The notes beneath the pieces were generated by a model. That model was not told the origin of the DNA. It did no database searches and saw only the letters and a program-made list of their open reading frames with translations. A stretch of 61,274 nucleotides of DNA, counting the filler, from Streblomastix strix (taxonomy: Eukaryota): assembly GCA_008636045.1 (NCBI GenBank). It is 4 parts of 4 records of this genome, joined end to end, with 100 filler letters (N's around TTAATTAATTAA, not from the genome) between each part and the next. Parts side by side here need not be neighbours in the genome. Positions count along the whole stretch, not along the records: positions 1 to 15,255 come from SNRW01001012.1; 3 more parts are not named here. One strand, written 5' to 3'. This document shows positions 1-15,355 of this stretch, in pieces. How positions within the stretch are numbered: position 1 is the stretch's first letter; each line of letters opens with the position of its first letter. The position numbers and the translations under genes are program-made.

Positions 1-700
1 CTATAAGATATGCACAATTCATTCCATCAATTAGTGAAGAGATTCCTTATCTTGATGATAAATCAATTCCTGATCCTCGAATTAGTACAGGAACTGGTAC
101 AACATAAACAGCTACTCAATCATTGCCTTAATATAACTCACTGAATTACCCAATTAATGCCAGTATATAGGCTGCACTAATGGCACTTGCATAGTTATAA
201 GTTGGGAAAGAATACGATTAAAAAATGACATCAATGATTAAAGATATTGCAACAAATTCTAATAAATAAACAACTGATTACACTCTGACAGACTTTGAGA
301 AGATTGGAGCAAATAGTATTGGCATCCCATCATTGGATTTGAAAATCAATCATTTATTAATGTGGAGAGCTGGTGTAAGGAACTTGAATACATCAGTACG
401 TACATTATAGTAGTAAGATAGTATATAATCATTAGCTTCACTTTAAGCATAAGGATAAGGAGGAGGAGATACAGAAAATAATTATTAATAAACATTGAAA
501 GTTAGAAATTTTAATAAAACTGGATATGAAGATGTTCAAATACTCTAAGCTTGGAATGAACCTCCATTAGCGCCTATAAGATATGCACAATTCATTCCAT
601 CAATTAGTGAAGATATTCCTTATTTTGATGATAAATCAATTCCTGATCCTCGAATTAGTACAGGAACTGGTACAACATAAACAGCTACTCAATCATTGCC
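1..700 (+). repeat. In-frame direct duplication inside the Furry-like gene (1-127 vs 574-700)
   Basis: 127-nt near-identical copies (2 substitutions) offset by 573 nt = 191 codons; the first copy is cut by the contig start. Confidence 0.9.
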
Positions 701-3700
701 CACTTAAACTCATGTTCCATAAACAGCTCAAACAACACCAATAGTGACAGAATAGTAGAAATAGTAAGAAATTCATGCTCCAAGAACATTAACAGATTTA
801 GTACCTATTATTCATGGATTGGGTGGAAATCCTTCTTTCTTGGGACTTGGAACATGGAGTAGTATATCTCCCTAATTGATTGAGATTGTTAAATTAGCTT
901 ATTTAACAGAAATAGCTGAATAACAATAAACAACAAAATCTTTAGCTTCATAGATTATAAATGATTAATCATGCAAATCTTTAACATCTTCCTCTTAAAT
1001 TGATTCCATTCTCTCACAACCAACAAGACAATAGAAACTACTCAATGCATTCCTTTCAATACCATCAGCATAAACTGGAGGAGATGGAATAGTTCTTACT
1101 TGGATTAATTAATGCCTGTTATCTGGATCTCAATCTTTATATTAAGCTGGGATGCAAGGATTACTTAATTTCATCAGATCAAACCCATAGCATATATATT
1201 CATGCATTTTGTAGGTATATAAATATAAGGGTAATGCTCCAATAGTTAGAGGCCATCTCAGAGCAATTTTGTCAGTTATAAAAAAAGCAGAAGTAAAATT
1301 ATCTTAAGTTTTATTCTTAGCTCTTTTCTGTTCATGCGATAGTGATCCTATGATTAGAATGTTAGCAACAAAACTTTTATTTTTCATTGTGAGAATATTA
1401 GAGGAGAATGGAATTGTAAATGAAGAGACAATAATTGATGATACAGAAGAATTAAGGAAAGAAATGGAAGAGCAGTTAAGATTGAGAAATGAATAAAGAC
1501 ATAATAAACGTAATCAAACTCATAGCATTAGTAACAGCAACCACAACACAAAACAATATTCACTTTAAATCAAAGACTAATAAAATATAAACACAAGATT
1601 ATAAACTGAAATAATGAGCAATGAAACACAATAAAAATAAACTACAGATATTTCTTCTTAATAGTCTGCAAATGTTGCTGGAAAAAACACGAAGAAGCTT
1701 ACATTAGATTTGAGCCATTTAAACAAAGGTATTGAAGAAAATGAATATAAGGACAAAGAACTGAAGATTGATGAATAAAGAAAATATGATTAAACAGGAA
1801 ATCTAAGTATAAATAAATAGAAATAAAGAAATAAATTGGAAAATAAAAAGGATAGTTTGGAAAGTGAATCTGTTAGTGATGATGAATATAATAAAGACCA
1901 ATAAAAAAATAAATTAGATTATGAATTAAATAAAGATGATAATTAAAGTAATTTTGATGATATTTATTATATCAATTCAATTGATGAGAGTTTACCTGAT
2001 AGAAATGAAGAAGAAGATGAAGAAGAAGAAGATGATGATGAATAAACAGATACAACAAATTCCAATAATTTCACATTAAATAAGAATAATTCACAATATG
2101 ATTCAGAATTTGATGAAGATGAAGACGAATTCGATTATTTGGATGAAAATGATGATATAGGAGCAGAGAATAAATTTGAGAAATAAAAAATACAAATTAG
2201 AAAATATTTGCAGAGACAAATTCCGTAATAAAATAAAAAGCATATTAAATCAATTAAATCTTTTTCATCATTCAACTCAGAAGAGAATAATTCATCTTCT
2301 TCATCATCATAAATAAAATCTGCATAAACACACCAATAACTCAAAATAAAACGAAGAAATGGAGCCAAATATATTCTTAGAAGAGTAAGATATGTATTGT
2401 TGTCGTCTTCTTATTCATAAATGAAGGATATGAATGAAGAAGAATAATGGACTGAGGAAGATGAAGAAGAAGAATCCAATGAAATGAGCTAAGATTTAGC
2501 AGTGAAAGAGTTTGGAAGAAATGATTCTGAAAGTGATTATGATTACTTTGCCATGAAAAATGCTTTTAAACTCCATAAATAAATAAAACAACAAAAGAAA
2601 TCAAAGAAAAATAACAGTCTTTCTCATAAATAGTCAAAAAATTATATCAATCTTCACAAAACATAAGCAACTGTTCCTTCTTCAAAGTTTGATGCTGAAC
2701 GAGCTGCTGTTTCTCTCTCAGCAATATTCGCACAAAGATATTCTATTCTATTCCATGAAATTCTTGAAGAATTCACGATTGAATTTTCAGCCACCAACCG
2801 AAATGGGAGAATAATAATACTGCATCTTATTCGACCCTGGATGCCTTACATGTTCATCAGACCAGAATATCGAATCCCAATGTTTGCTCTTCTGATTGAG
2901 TTCACATTGCACAATTCAGGCTCATTTCCAAATGATATCACATTGATGTGGGAAAGAGCTGTTAGAACGAGAGGAAATGCAAAGACCACTTTATTGTTTG
3001 TACTAAGTTAGTATGTTGAGTTTCATAGATTCATTCAAGATCAAGACTCTGGAAGGAGATACCCTGCAGGAACTGAATTGAAAGGTAAAAAAAGGGAGGA
3101 ATAATATTCATCATCTCAATTTTATCAATAATTATAACAACCATAATAATCATCATCTTCATCTTCACAATCCAATTTTATTTCGCCATCAAATTAAATC
3201 GGGTCTTAGACTGTTAAAAATTCAAATGATTCTTTAGCTCCAATTAATAATTAATAGACTCCAATTTCTTCTCAACTAACAACTCCAAGAACTATAAGTA
3301 CTTCACAGATTCCATAGTATTAATAATAATAATAGACACAATCACAATAACAACAATAATAAATAGAATAATAATAACAATTATAAAATAAAGTTGATTA
3401 TTGTTAAAACTATTTAATTAATCAGGATTCTACCGTTCTTTTGGGACTACATATAAGCGAGCCTCCTTTAATTACTGAACTTGCTGCGTTAGGGAAAAGA
3501 TAGCAGAATAGAAGAAAATATCTAGATTAATAAGAAAATGAAGAATATTTAAGAATTGAATAATAATATTTATATAAAGATGTTGCAAGAGACATTATGT
3601 CACCTGATTTGTCTTCTTCTCTTAAAACTGGTGATATTACAGATAGGTTTGACATAGATGAATAAGCAAATTAAACATCCCTATCAAATAATACTCAATT

Positions 3701-6700
3701 TACAGCATAATCAATTGCAATTAATTAAAATCATTCGATGTAATTTTCTACATCTCAAGCACAACTTGGTAAATAAAATTCTACTTAATACAGATTAAAT
3801 CAGCAATAACCATATAACCAAACACAATCATCACATCAGAATGATATGAGATTATAAGCAGGCTAAGACAGTAATTAATACAATAGTAAGTATAATAAAT
3901 AAACAGACTTAGAGGATTATAGTTCTGCATATACCACAAATATAAATACCACACAGAAAACATCTTCTAAATTTGACAGTCAAACATAATCGGACTCAAA
4001 TCAGAAATACGAGATTATTAATTAAGCATAAAATAAAGGTTATGAATCAAAATAGGGTAAGAAATTAGTTCCTGGAATATCAGTAAGTGGTGGAAATGCA
4101 ATCTCACCTCATCAAGTTCTGATTGCACAGAAATTTCTCTCTTACGCATTTTCATAACAATCTTTGTTCCATTTCCCAAAAGATTTCTATTTATCAAATC
4201 CTGTGTGGTCAGGGAATCAATTCCTTATCACTTCACCTGGAATATCTTCATTTGATACTTCAATTGCACTGATATTCTTAACAATTGCAAAAAGATGGCC
4301 TAAATTAACAAGTAACACACTTTCTGGCTTAATTTCTCCGAGACCAATGTCAAACTTTGCAATGCATACATCATTACACACTGCAATTCGAAAAAATAAA
4401 TTAGAAGGGATTAGAAATGGAATTAATAATACTAATTCTTCTGATAAACATTCACATTCGCATACAAATTAGTATGGGTATAAAGAGCACAATCAAAGAA
4501 TAGATGCAATGATGGATGCTTGTGGATGTGTTCATTTATCCACTGGGGAGATGTCAGCTACAACATTAATATGCAGATTCACTGTTTCTCCACAGATTGA
4601 ATCTCTAATTGGAACAACACCAGAATTAAAATAGGATCTTTTTGTTTTCTAAGGAGATGATTATGGAAGAAAGAAATAATAAATAACAGGATCAGAAAAT
4701 GGAGAATTGAACAGAAATAGGAGTTTATTTCAACTGCTTAAAAAGGGATAAGATTCAATAATAAAAGCGAAAAATGAAAATGATATTGGATAAACTAATC
4801 GAGATGGGAATATTACATCTAGACAATCAAGACTTAGTGGAGATCTGAAATAATCTGTTCATGGCAGTGTTATTTCTGCATCGAGAGCAAATATTAAAAC
4901 TATTTCCCCATAATATAATCAGAAATAAAGACAATAAAAGAAATTATAACAAAAACAAAAATAATTATAGTAACAGTAATAATAATTTTAATTGTAATAA
5001 TAATAATAATTATAACTTTATCAAATTTAGAATCAAAGATAATATCGAAGTAGTATTGGTTCAATTGGAGAATTAGATTTATAAAAAGATTTTATTAGAA
5101 AATTGAATTAATAAAATTATTTAGGAGAAACAGATTTGAACATTTCTCAAGATCAAATGTAACAACCAACTAATTAATTTGGTCATCAACCAATATTGTA
5201 AGCACATTTATTATAAATGGGCCACAAAAGGCATTAATCATGGAGTAATACATTAGCCAATACCAATAATGTATAATAATAAGTTGATATGTTTGGAAAT
5301 TAGAATAGAATATAACACATAGGAATTCCATCAGGTAGATAAGTAGGTGATGGCCACATTCCGAGTTTATTGGGAATTCAGACCCGTGCTGGAAGGAAAC
5401 CTTCAAATTTATCCATCACAATACCTGAGAGTGTTTAATCAGAATAATAAACTAATGTATCGCCTTTGAGTAGTGCTATTAGTAATCATGGGAAATCATC
5501 TCTAGTGCAATAACACACCAATCATTATAGCCATGCTAGAAAGTTAAGTTAGAGTTTGATATAAACACAATCACCTCTTAGTGCAACTTCATTTTCATCA
5601 AAGAATTCTTAATTTGGAGAAGATTCTTAATTACATACAACATCCAAAATGAATCTATAAATGGATGATGATTAATAAGCCTCAGACAAAGATGAATATA
5701 AATCAGTAATAAGAAGAGATGCCCCAGAGAATTAAGATAAGATTTGGATATAGAAAGGATAGTTGAACAAAAGAGGGTAATACAATAAAGATATGATACC
5801 AACACATGAAAGAGGGAATAATTCTGATCGAACTCATAAGGACAGTTATATGAATGTTAGATTGAGAGAATTAACTGGTTCATAACTATTAACAACTGGA
5901 GATGGCATTAGTACATATACAAGAAATGCTCCTTTGAACACAGACAGAACACGAAGCACAGTGAAGAGTGTATACAAATTAAGAGGGATAAATCTATGGC
6001 CTAATTATGGATGGGGTGAATCTGTGAATGTTGGAGATAGATATGGACCAGATTCGCGTATTTTCATCACATCTCTCATATCACCAACACAAACTGATAT
6101 TATGTAATTATTCAATTACAGCAATGCTGCTTAGATTATAATGGGTGTTGGCATATACAAAGGAAATGAAAGTTAATCTAAATTCATGTAAAGAGCTGGA
6201 GAATATGGATAATTTAGTAATCAACAATTCACTTTTATTCGTTTATATTAAAAGAAGCAGGAATTTTTCCATCTTTTCTACCAAAGACACAAATACATTT
6301 AGATTTATACACAATCATTGGAAAAGTTAACAGAAAAATAAATAAACAGAAATATAATTGGAGAATAGTAATAAAAATAGTTTTAAATTTCACTACCCAT
6401 TGGAAGCGAATAAGATCTTAGTGTTGCTTCATTAAACAGTTTAGAATAGAGAGAAATGGATATTGAAGAAATAAGAGAAGATGATGAAGATTAAGGAAGC
6501 TTAAAAGTGCACAGCATAAATGATATTAAAATAAGACAGCGTTATTAATCATAAAACCCGCAGCAAAAAGAGTCCAAATTAATAAGATCAACCAACAGCC
6601 AAGTTGATCCATAGGTTCATTAGTAAGTTATTGGATAAATATAAGAATAAAAAGAAGAGGAAATATAAAATAAACAGACATAAGAGACGATTGATAAATA

Positions 6701-9700
6701 AGATACAATAAACTCTGTGGGTAAATCATCAATGGGAAAACACTCGCGCCATATTTCAATGACAGATGGAAAATATCCATCTCATAATTCAAGTCATATT
6801 TTGACAAATAAAGAAATTGAAAATAATCATAGAACTCGAATATATCAACCTTCTCTTCTTGCACCTTAGCGATTTATGCAAGGATAATATTAATAATAAG
6901 GTATAAATAGATTTTAACAGCAATAATAGAATATTGTTTAGACGCTAAGATTATAGCCATAGAACTCATAAACTAGATAATTATTATAAGGAGGATATTA
7001 ATTTAATTCGCTTTAAAAAGCAGATGGTTTTGCTTTCACTCCATAATAATAAAGAACTTTAGGCAGATTTAATGCCAGACAGAAAGGGAAAGATTCAGAC
7101 TTTGGATTATCAAGTAGTATAAATACATAAAAAATTACATAATTGAGTGCTACTAAATCAGTGAATTCAAAATCATTAACAAATACAACTGCGAGTGAAG
7201 AACTTCGATCTGGTAAAAGCAGAGGAGCAGGAATGTATTATAATAATCTAGACTCACTATCATTTATATTCTCTATTCCACTTTTATCAGTCGCAATATG
7301 TGCATAAATACAGAAAGAATTCAAACGCGATTTGAAAAGGAAGAAACTTGAGGAAAAAAAGAAGAATATAAACACAAACAAATTTACCAAATCAACCATG
7401 TCCATTATTCCTAGATTATAACTTGATTACTTGTAATCTATTCCTTCAAGTATTCATGCTCCGCATTCATACATATTCTCTTCTGCGATTCCAAGCCCAA
7501 CTTCTCTGAATTCCAAATAATTCAAATCTTCGCGTTCTCCTTTGGGAAATGATGATAACAAGGAATAAGAAAATGCAACTGCAACTTTTAAAAGTTAAAT
7601 AAGACACAACAGATCAAAGACTGTTTCAAACGCTTAGAACACATTTGATAGCATAGAATAAGAAACATTAAAATATTAAAAATTTTAACAAAGAATAGAA
7701 AAAGATATTCCTAAACGTAAAAATAATATTTTTACTTCGATCTTTCGTGTTTAAAATAATTCAATACACAAAAAAACATCTTAAAAGAGTCACACGAGGA
7801 CTCGCACACAAAATTTTAACAAAAATGGTAAATTATAAAATGAAACTGAAAGCAGCGATGAAGATTGGCAAAAGATATAAAGGAGAAAAAAGGATAAACA
7901 TTAGAAAAAGAAAAGTAAAAAATAAACAAAAGGTAAGAATGATGAAGAAAATATTAATTCTGTTTAGAGAAAGAAGATTTCAAACTAGAATAAATATAAT
8001 AAAATATAGAATACAGGGAAAAAGAACAATTACGATTAAAATGATATGAAAATTAGAAAAGTAGATTATCAGCTAAATAATTTCCAAGTAGTTAAATACA
8101 ATTCTAATCCATTAGATTTGCTGTACAAGAGCAGTGCGCATTCTTTTGTCCTTACAACATTACTTACACGTGATTGTATATCATTTGGATAGATGCTTAC
8201 ATTTAGAATGCCTCTTCTGTGGTCTGTTTTATTCCCTAATCCTCTTGATTTTGAAAGGGGGAAATTATTAGGGAATTAAACTATTGATGATCTCCAACCT
8301 TATTCTAATGGTCTTGTTTAATATACTGATAAATTCAAATAGGCAGAATTAACTCCTTATAATTTAATTCAGACTGCCTTAGCAATGGAGATGAATATTG
8401 GCTTCACAGAGATTGTACCATCATTCTCAGAAAGTGATGCAGCTTTGTGTTTGATGGTTCATTTAGCTGAGTTGTCTCCATCAGCTCTGAAGGACAAGAT
8501 TATTCTTTTAATTCACGCATCTGTACTTCGTCTTGATGGTCAGCCTTAAGTTGCTGCAGCTGCAACGACCCTCCTTAAAAGAATGATTGACTTCAATTAC
8601 ATTCGGAAATCAAGCTAACTTGATAAGCAAACGAGATTAAACAGATGGTAAGCAGCACATAAATCATTGCCTTTGAATTTGGGTGATAGAGCCTGGGAAT
8701 ATGAACTTCCTCTTCCTGAATTCCCTCCTCCTTCTGAAGCACAGGTCAGCAGATGCATAATTAGACTCATTGAAGGGATAACAGATTCTGATGCTGAGAT
8801 GCTTCAATTTGCAGAATTATGGGCAAGATATGCATTCTACACTGTATTCTCTATGAGAGATGTTCATCATGCATCAAGATCACATTAAATATTCCGTACC
8901 CTTCTTGCTCAAATATTTAGATTGAAGAAAGAAAAACTGTTTAATGATGGTGATGAATACAACATCACTTCATTAGTTTCCATAGACAGTTGCCATGCTT
9001 TATTACTTGAAATTCTTCGTTGCATTTCTTTTCCAACTCTACCAAACTTAGCTCTTGCAACAGAAGCAATGATTTCACTAAATGAAATTATTAAAATTCT
9101 TCCTTCATTTTATCTTCTTATTGCTCCTGAACTTCTTTCATGTCTTGCTTCTCTTTTAAGAAGCGATTTTACACACATGTTCTTTTGGGCTGGAACTGTC
9201 ATCTCAACTTTCTTATAGAGAGTTAGGAATGAACTTATTGATCCTGCAGTGAATGATTTATTAAATCAATCTTTTGCAACCTGTGAATAATGGAATAATG
9301 AATATATTGGTCTTATCCCTCTTGTCATTCGTGGTCTGATAACACCAACAACTGAAGGAATATCAAGGAAGCTTCTTGGATAACTTATCTCTTTGCTTGA
9401 ATGTGAATTTGTTGATCCATCACGCACTGCGATTCCTTTTGTGACATCAGCATTGCTTCCATTCTTTTGTGCTTCTTTGGAAACAGTTACACGAAATCAT
9501 GTTGCTAAATTGGCAAATGAAATGGTGCTTCATTCAACACAGTCTTATTAATAAGCAGAGTAATACATTAACAACAACTAAGTTTTAGATAGAAATAATA
9601 GAGATAATTATAATAATACAATAAATTAGAAGAAGAATAAGAATAAGAAGCATCTCAAGCGAAGTAAAATCTCTCTCTCGTCTTAATCTTCATCTTCTAA

Positions 9701-12700
9701 ATCCAGTGATTCATCTTCTGATTCATCTCACTCTCATTAATACACTTCATCATCTCTATCAATTGGAGATGCTCCTTCTTCTTCATCTTCATCATACACA
9801 TCTCAATCAAATGATAATAATAGTTATATTCTTTCTGGGTTGGATGAAGGGAAGGAAACATTATAGCGAAATTAAAACAGAAAATTGCACTCAAAATTAA
9901 ATAATAGTAGAAATCAAAGAAAAGGAAGTCATATACACGAAAATGATTTGATCAGTAGATCTATAGACAGTGATATAGATGCAGATATAGATAATGATGC
10001 TGATCGAGGTCCATCTGTTTCATTCTTTGGACAACTGACTGAAATTCACAAAAATGGATAAAGTGGATCTCACAACAACAAAGTAACTCAATCTCATGGA
10101 CCAGCTGCATCAGCGAGGTGTTCAATTGTCTCACAATTTGACTACAAATCACTGTTTGAAAATGTTGATAGGAGCACAGCTCTTACATTTCTGCAGCAGT
10201 AATAAAGATTAAGAGAGATATTAACTGATCCGTGGTTTGATGCTAATAATTATGACTAGATACTCACTCATGATGTCTACAAACCTGGATATATGGAAAG
10301 AGATGATGATAATGATTTTATTATAAAAAATGAACATATTGCTGGAATTCAATCAGTAGCGTAAGCTCTCTAAAGTTAATCGGCTTAATAATCATCAATA
10401 AATTATGGAATTGAAACTTTTTATCGGACTCAAGCACACACATTAGCTTAGAGAATTGCATAAGGAGTTGATAATGATTAATAATTAAATCGTTAGATGA
10501 ATGAAAATACAATGAAAATGTAAGAATTTAGCAAAATTTTTTCAGAAATAATGAGAAATCCAGTTGCAAAATCACTTCCTGCAATATAATCATTCCTTGT
10601 TAGAGAATAAAATACTCTTTATTTGGAGCATTCACGTTTGTTGGCTTAATATTTCGAGAACCAAAAAGCCAATAAATAACCAGTTTCTGCAGATAATGAA
10701 CCAGACAATAAATTAAACGCTTATCAAATAATTGATGCTGCAGAATAATATCAGATAAATACATAACCAAATGTAAACTCATCTGCCTTGAGAGTGTTTG
10801 AAATACAAATAAATTCAAATTTAATTGGAAATGTAATATTATAAACTCAAGATCAAATTTAGAGTAATAAAACGTTGACTTGTTTTTCACCTGGATTTGT
10901 AATGCGTGCACTTCCATCATCTGTTATAATGTATGATCAAATGGATGGCATTTATGAATAAACAACATAATAATAATCTTATTAAAAACAATTTAACAAC
11001 CAAAATTAACAATCATTAAATAGCATTCAAGGGACTGCCAAGAGCAAGGTTGTAATATACTGAGTATACATCACTTCTCACTCCAGCTCAACCAGATATT
11101 GGAGAATAATATTAAGAAGCATGTTATCTGGCTGTCCAAATTGCACTTGCTGCTTTGGAAAGAGGATAAACGAGATTAGGAAAAGCACTTCTTAGATTTG
11201 CATCAGGTCGTCATGTCTTTGTCGATGATTTCTTAAGGGAAATTATGAGTCCAATTGTTGAGCTTCTTGTTCCACCCCTTGATTAGTATACATTGACTTT
11301 ATTCCTGCACTTGCTTCGTCATGGACCACAGTAGTAACACAAAGCCATTTTATAGATACTGTACCAACTCTACGTTGAAACTGGAGTTCCATCCCAAAGA
11401 TCAGCTCTCAGACACGGTGTCACATCAGATCTGATTGAAGAGACTTTGAGGATGGTCGAGGAACCACTCAGGATACAGGCATTGAGAGTGTTGGATATTC
11501 ATCTGCATCGCGCATTGTCATTGGATCCAGGGACTCTAACGGATGCATCTACAACTATTCAGACTGCAATTAATTAAATGTAACTAAAACAACAACAAAA
11601 ACTACAATTAAATCAACTTAAATAACTCTAATAATAGAATAACTCAGCTGCTGATATTGCATAAATAAATGGTCAATCTTCAAATGAAAGTTAAAATAAA
11701 AACAATAAAATTAACAAATCAAAAGGAAAGAAAGGATAAATTATTGATGAATAAGATTTGTAATTGATCTCACCTAACTAAAACTTCTTTAGTATTCGTC
11801 TTTCTGGAGGAAATTTATTCAATTTAAGCACATAATATAGATCAGATTACTCAGTAAATTCTCCCCCCAAAATTAATGATTATTCATTTGACTCACCAAT
11901 AGTAACATCTGATTAAGAATTACAACAAATAAGATAGCAAATCGATACAAAAACTAAAAACAAGTCAAAATTAAATTAGATTGGAGAAAAATAAAACAAA
12001 ACAAATGAATTTGAATAAGGACCACAACAGGAAATTGGAGGATATGAAATGATTTAAAAAGCAGAAAGTTTCGTTAGAAACACCGAATTGACTAGTGTTC
12101 AATAGCCAGTTGAAATCACAGTAATTCCATTGGGCGCATTGGCTTCTGTTGCCATCTCAGGTTTATTCAGCTCAGAATTGCAGATATTGTTACCAATGCT
12201 TCCTGATCTCGATGAAGAAAAAGAAATTAAAGAAATTAAGTAGAATTAAGAATAAGAAGGAAATTAAGATGAATTGAAAGCTAATGATACACTCCCAAAA
12301 ATGAACGAAAGAAAGGATAAAGAATCAAATTGGATTCATGGTTTAAGTTGGAAAGATCATTTATTGCTTTTTGTATTGCCTTCTTTTGATATTAGAAATT
12401 CTGTCAAACGAGATATTATGAATTCTAGAATTGGGCTTAATATACCAAATATAGATGAAAATAATGATCATTTATCCACCAATAATTCCCAGGAGATGAT
12501 TCTGAATTAAGATGAATTAGAATTCCATATTTCTGAAGAGAGATCTGAATAAGGATAATATAAACAGGATCAGATGAGTATGATTGAGGAATAAATTGCG
12601 CTTATTTCAACTTCAACTCCACAACATCCTAAAATGAGCAGTTTTCATTTGGAGATGATCAAATTAATGGAGAAATGGAAAGGGAAAATGTAAGATGATG

Positions 12701-13065
12701 AATAAGCATTAACGATTAATATGGATAATTCAATTCATAAACAAGCAGATCTCTCAATTTAGAAATCACCACAATAAGAAACACCTGTATCATAACGACT
12801 TAATACAAACCAGAATAATTCAGAAGCATTAACAAAAGACATTGAATATCCATTCTCATTGCCCGTAGTACCTCCAAATACCATATCTACTCTCAGTAAT
12901 TACTTTTCAGCCACACCAACTTTCGGCCCAGCAACAATTGCATAACGCAACCCTTATCCATCACTTGCTCTGTGTGTGCGATCATTATCTGCTAATATAG
13001 GCCCTGTTCTTGAGAGACACAAACAGAGCATGATTGTACTGAAGCAGTTAATGAAGGGATTGTGA
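3..13065 (+). CDS. FRY: Furry/Tao3/MOR2-PAG1 family scaffold protein, 5'-truncated, >4300 codons with long Gln/Ser/Asn/acidic insertions; one frame change near 10880-11060
   Basis: Frame +3 was open wherever sampled from 3 to ~11060 with TAA/TAG=Gln, then frame +1 to TGA at 13063-13065. LQFAELWARYAF...RDVHHASRSHQIFRTL (~8800-8900) resembles the Furry W...SRH.A.RS.QIFRAL motif; ILHLIRPWMPYM and ITLMWERAV (~2820-2960) also fit. The frame change may be an intron or an indel. Confidence 0.8.
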
Positions 13066-13447
13066 AACATTGTATTATATTTCAGTAATTGAAACTTTAT
13101 TATTTGTTAATATTTATATTTTTGGCAGTTTTTTATATTAGAGTAAGTAAATAAAATAATTCAAATGAAACAATTTGTAATAAATATTTATTTATTTTTC
13201 ATATTAACATATATTTTTTATCAAAATTTCTAAATAAACTAATCCCAATGAGAATATTTATTAAATAAAAAACATATTAAAAAAGGAATGAAATGAAAAA
13301 TAATTAAAACATAAATTATTTATTTTTGTTTAGCGATCCATACTTTCAGATAAATGTTTAGTATTGCATACTTAATAAGGTGAAATTGCTGATATTAATA
13401 AAAAATAAATCCAAATTATTTTATTAAAAAATTCACCAAATAAAAGT

Positions 13448-15255
13448 TCAGATCTTCTCATTTTATTTCAGGTTAATGTTATTAATATTATTACTAGTAT
13501 TCTATTTGTTCTATCCAACAGATGAAAGTGCTTGCTATATTAAAGATAATGATTACAATGGAGTAGACAAAATAGATTGTTTGGCAGGTGTAGTTGGATA
13601 AGGAGATGAACTAAATGACTGATATTATTTCTTTCCCGAATCAATTTCTATTTCTCTTTATTTCTCTTTCCCCATTCTTGTTTAATTCAGAGCTTTTGCC
13701 AATTGCTCTTTGAATTGCTATTCTTTTAATCTAACTTATTATTGAGATACTGAATTAGTTGAAGAAGAATATGGTAATATTGATTATTATGAAGTTGACT
13801 TCGCATTATTCTTTAAATAAGATAATTTATGAGGTGAAATGTATGAAGATAATATTTATGAAGTTGGAGAAGATTGGACAGATTAAGATTAAGAAGATTA
13901 TTCTTCAGGTGATCCATACAGAATCATGATCTCTTCTATAGTCCTTTATTAATGAGGAAGGGAGATGCTTGTTGGAGTTGTAATTGAATATGATGATGTC
14001 AAAGATGAAGATGAAGATGACTGTTACTGTGTTTGTACTTATTTAGATTAATACTTAGGTGATGATGATTAAGGTTCTGGTTCTGGTGATATTTATTGAA
14101 GAGATGATGATTAAGTAATTAATTATTATTAAGTTTATGTTTATTTGTTTATTAATTCTTATTGTTTAGATAAATGTAAGCTATCATTAAAAGAGGAAAT
14201 ATCAGTATGAGAAATAAATTGAGGAGAATGAGAATGTTTATGTGAGTGTTATATATCAAGAGATTGAGAATGATTGGAATGCGGAATTAAGTGAGAATGA
14301 GTTGAATTGGAATACGATGAATGGAGAGGAGTTGATGATTTGTAATTAAATTATGATTATTCATTATTTTTTGGACTTCTGATTTTGCTTCTTATTTTCT
14401 CCCTAATCATTTTTACTTCATATTCTTTCTAACTTTCTGATTCTGTCTAATTATCCTCTTTATCTTTTCCCTTTCTTTTTTTATTATTTATCTTCTCTTA
14501 AACGTTCTATTTGCTATTATTATTCTATTTATTATCTTTCTATTTATTTTATTATTATGATTATATTGAAGAAATTTGAGATTAAGATGTTTATGAATTC
14601 AATTATTTTTATTACAAATGAAATGGTGATTATGGAGATAAAGAATGTGAATTTAATGATGATGAATGTTATTGTATTGATGATTTATGAGAAGAATTTG
14701 AATCAGAATGGGTACGAGTATTAGAATTAGAAAGTAATCGAGGAAATATTGGTGTTATTTCCTATTTATGTTTAATTCTATGATTATGTTTATGTTTATG
14801 TATTTGTATATGATTATTGTGATGTTTATGTTTTGACAGTTAATTTGAATGAGAAAGTGATGAATATGAAGATTTAGATTATGAAGGTGAAGATGGATTG
14901 TCAATTGAAGAAGATTGTGAAGATGATGCATTTGAATCTGAATGTGAATGATTATTAGGTTTATTCTTATATCGATATTCTTATTATTTTCTTTCTTTTC
15001 TTGACTCTTTCTCTTTTTTATTTTATTTTTTATTATTGTTCTTATTTTCTTTCTCTAATAATTCAGGTTATTCTTTAAGTGTTAAATTAATTTTATCAAT
15101 TTCTTTTTCTTTTTCTTTATTTTTCAATTTTTCCTTTTCTAATTCTAATTTTTATATTCTTTTAATTTCCTATTGTTCTTATTCTTATTACAATCTCCGT
15201 TTTTCCTCTTCTTCTTTTTTCTATTTCTCTTCTTATTCTTTTAATATTTAAATCC
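13448..15255 (-). CDS. 3' part of a low-complexity Ser/Gln/His/Glu/Lys-rich protein, 5'-truncated by the contig end
   Basis: Minus-strand frame reads in code 6 and ends ...NNINLKQNEKI-TGA (tca at 13448-13450); no recognisable domain. Confidence 0.65.
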
Positions 15256-15355
15256 NNNNNNNNNNNNNNNNNNNNNNNNNNNNNNNNNNNNNNNNNNNNT
15301 TAATTAATTAANNNNNNNNNNNNNNNNNNNNNNNNNNNNNNNNNNNNNNNNNNNN
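15256..15355. other. Artificial contig linker (N-run, TTAATTAATTAA, N-run)
   Basis: 100-nt spacer with a six-frame-stop core, identical at three positions. Confidence 0.98.

Noticed and set aside
10520..10545. 26-nt GTAAG...TTTTCAG intron
   Set aside because: The frame reads through it sensibly (MQEFSKIFSEIMRNP) and splicing would shift the frame.
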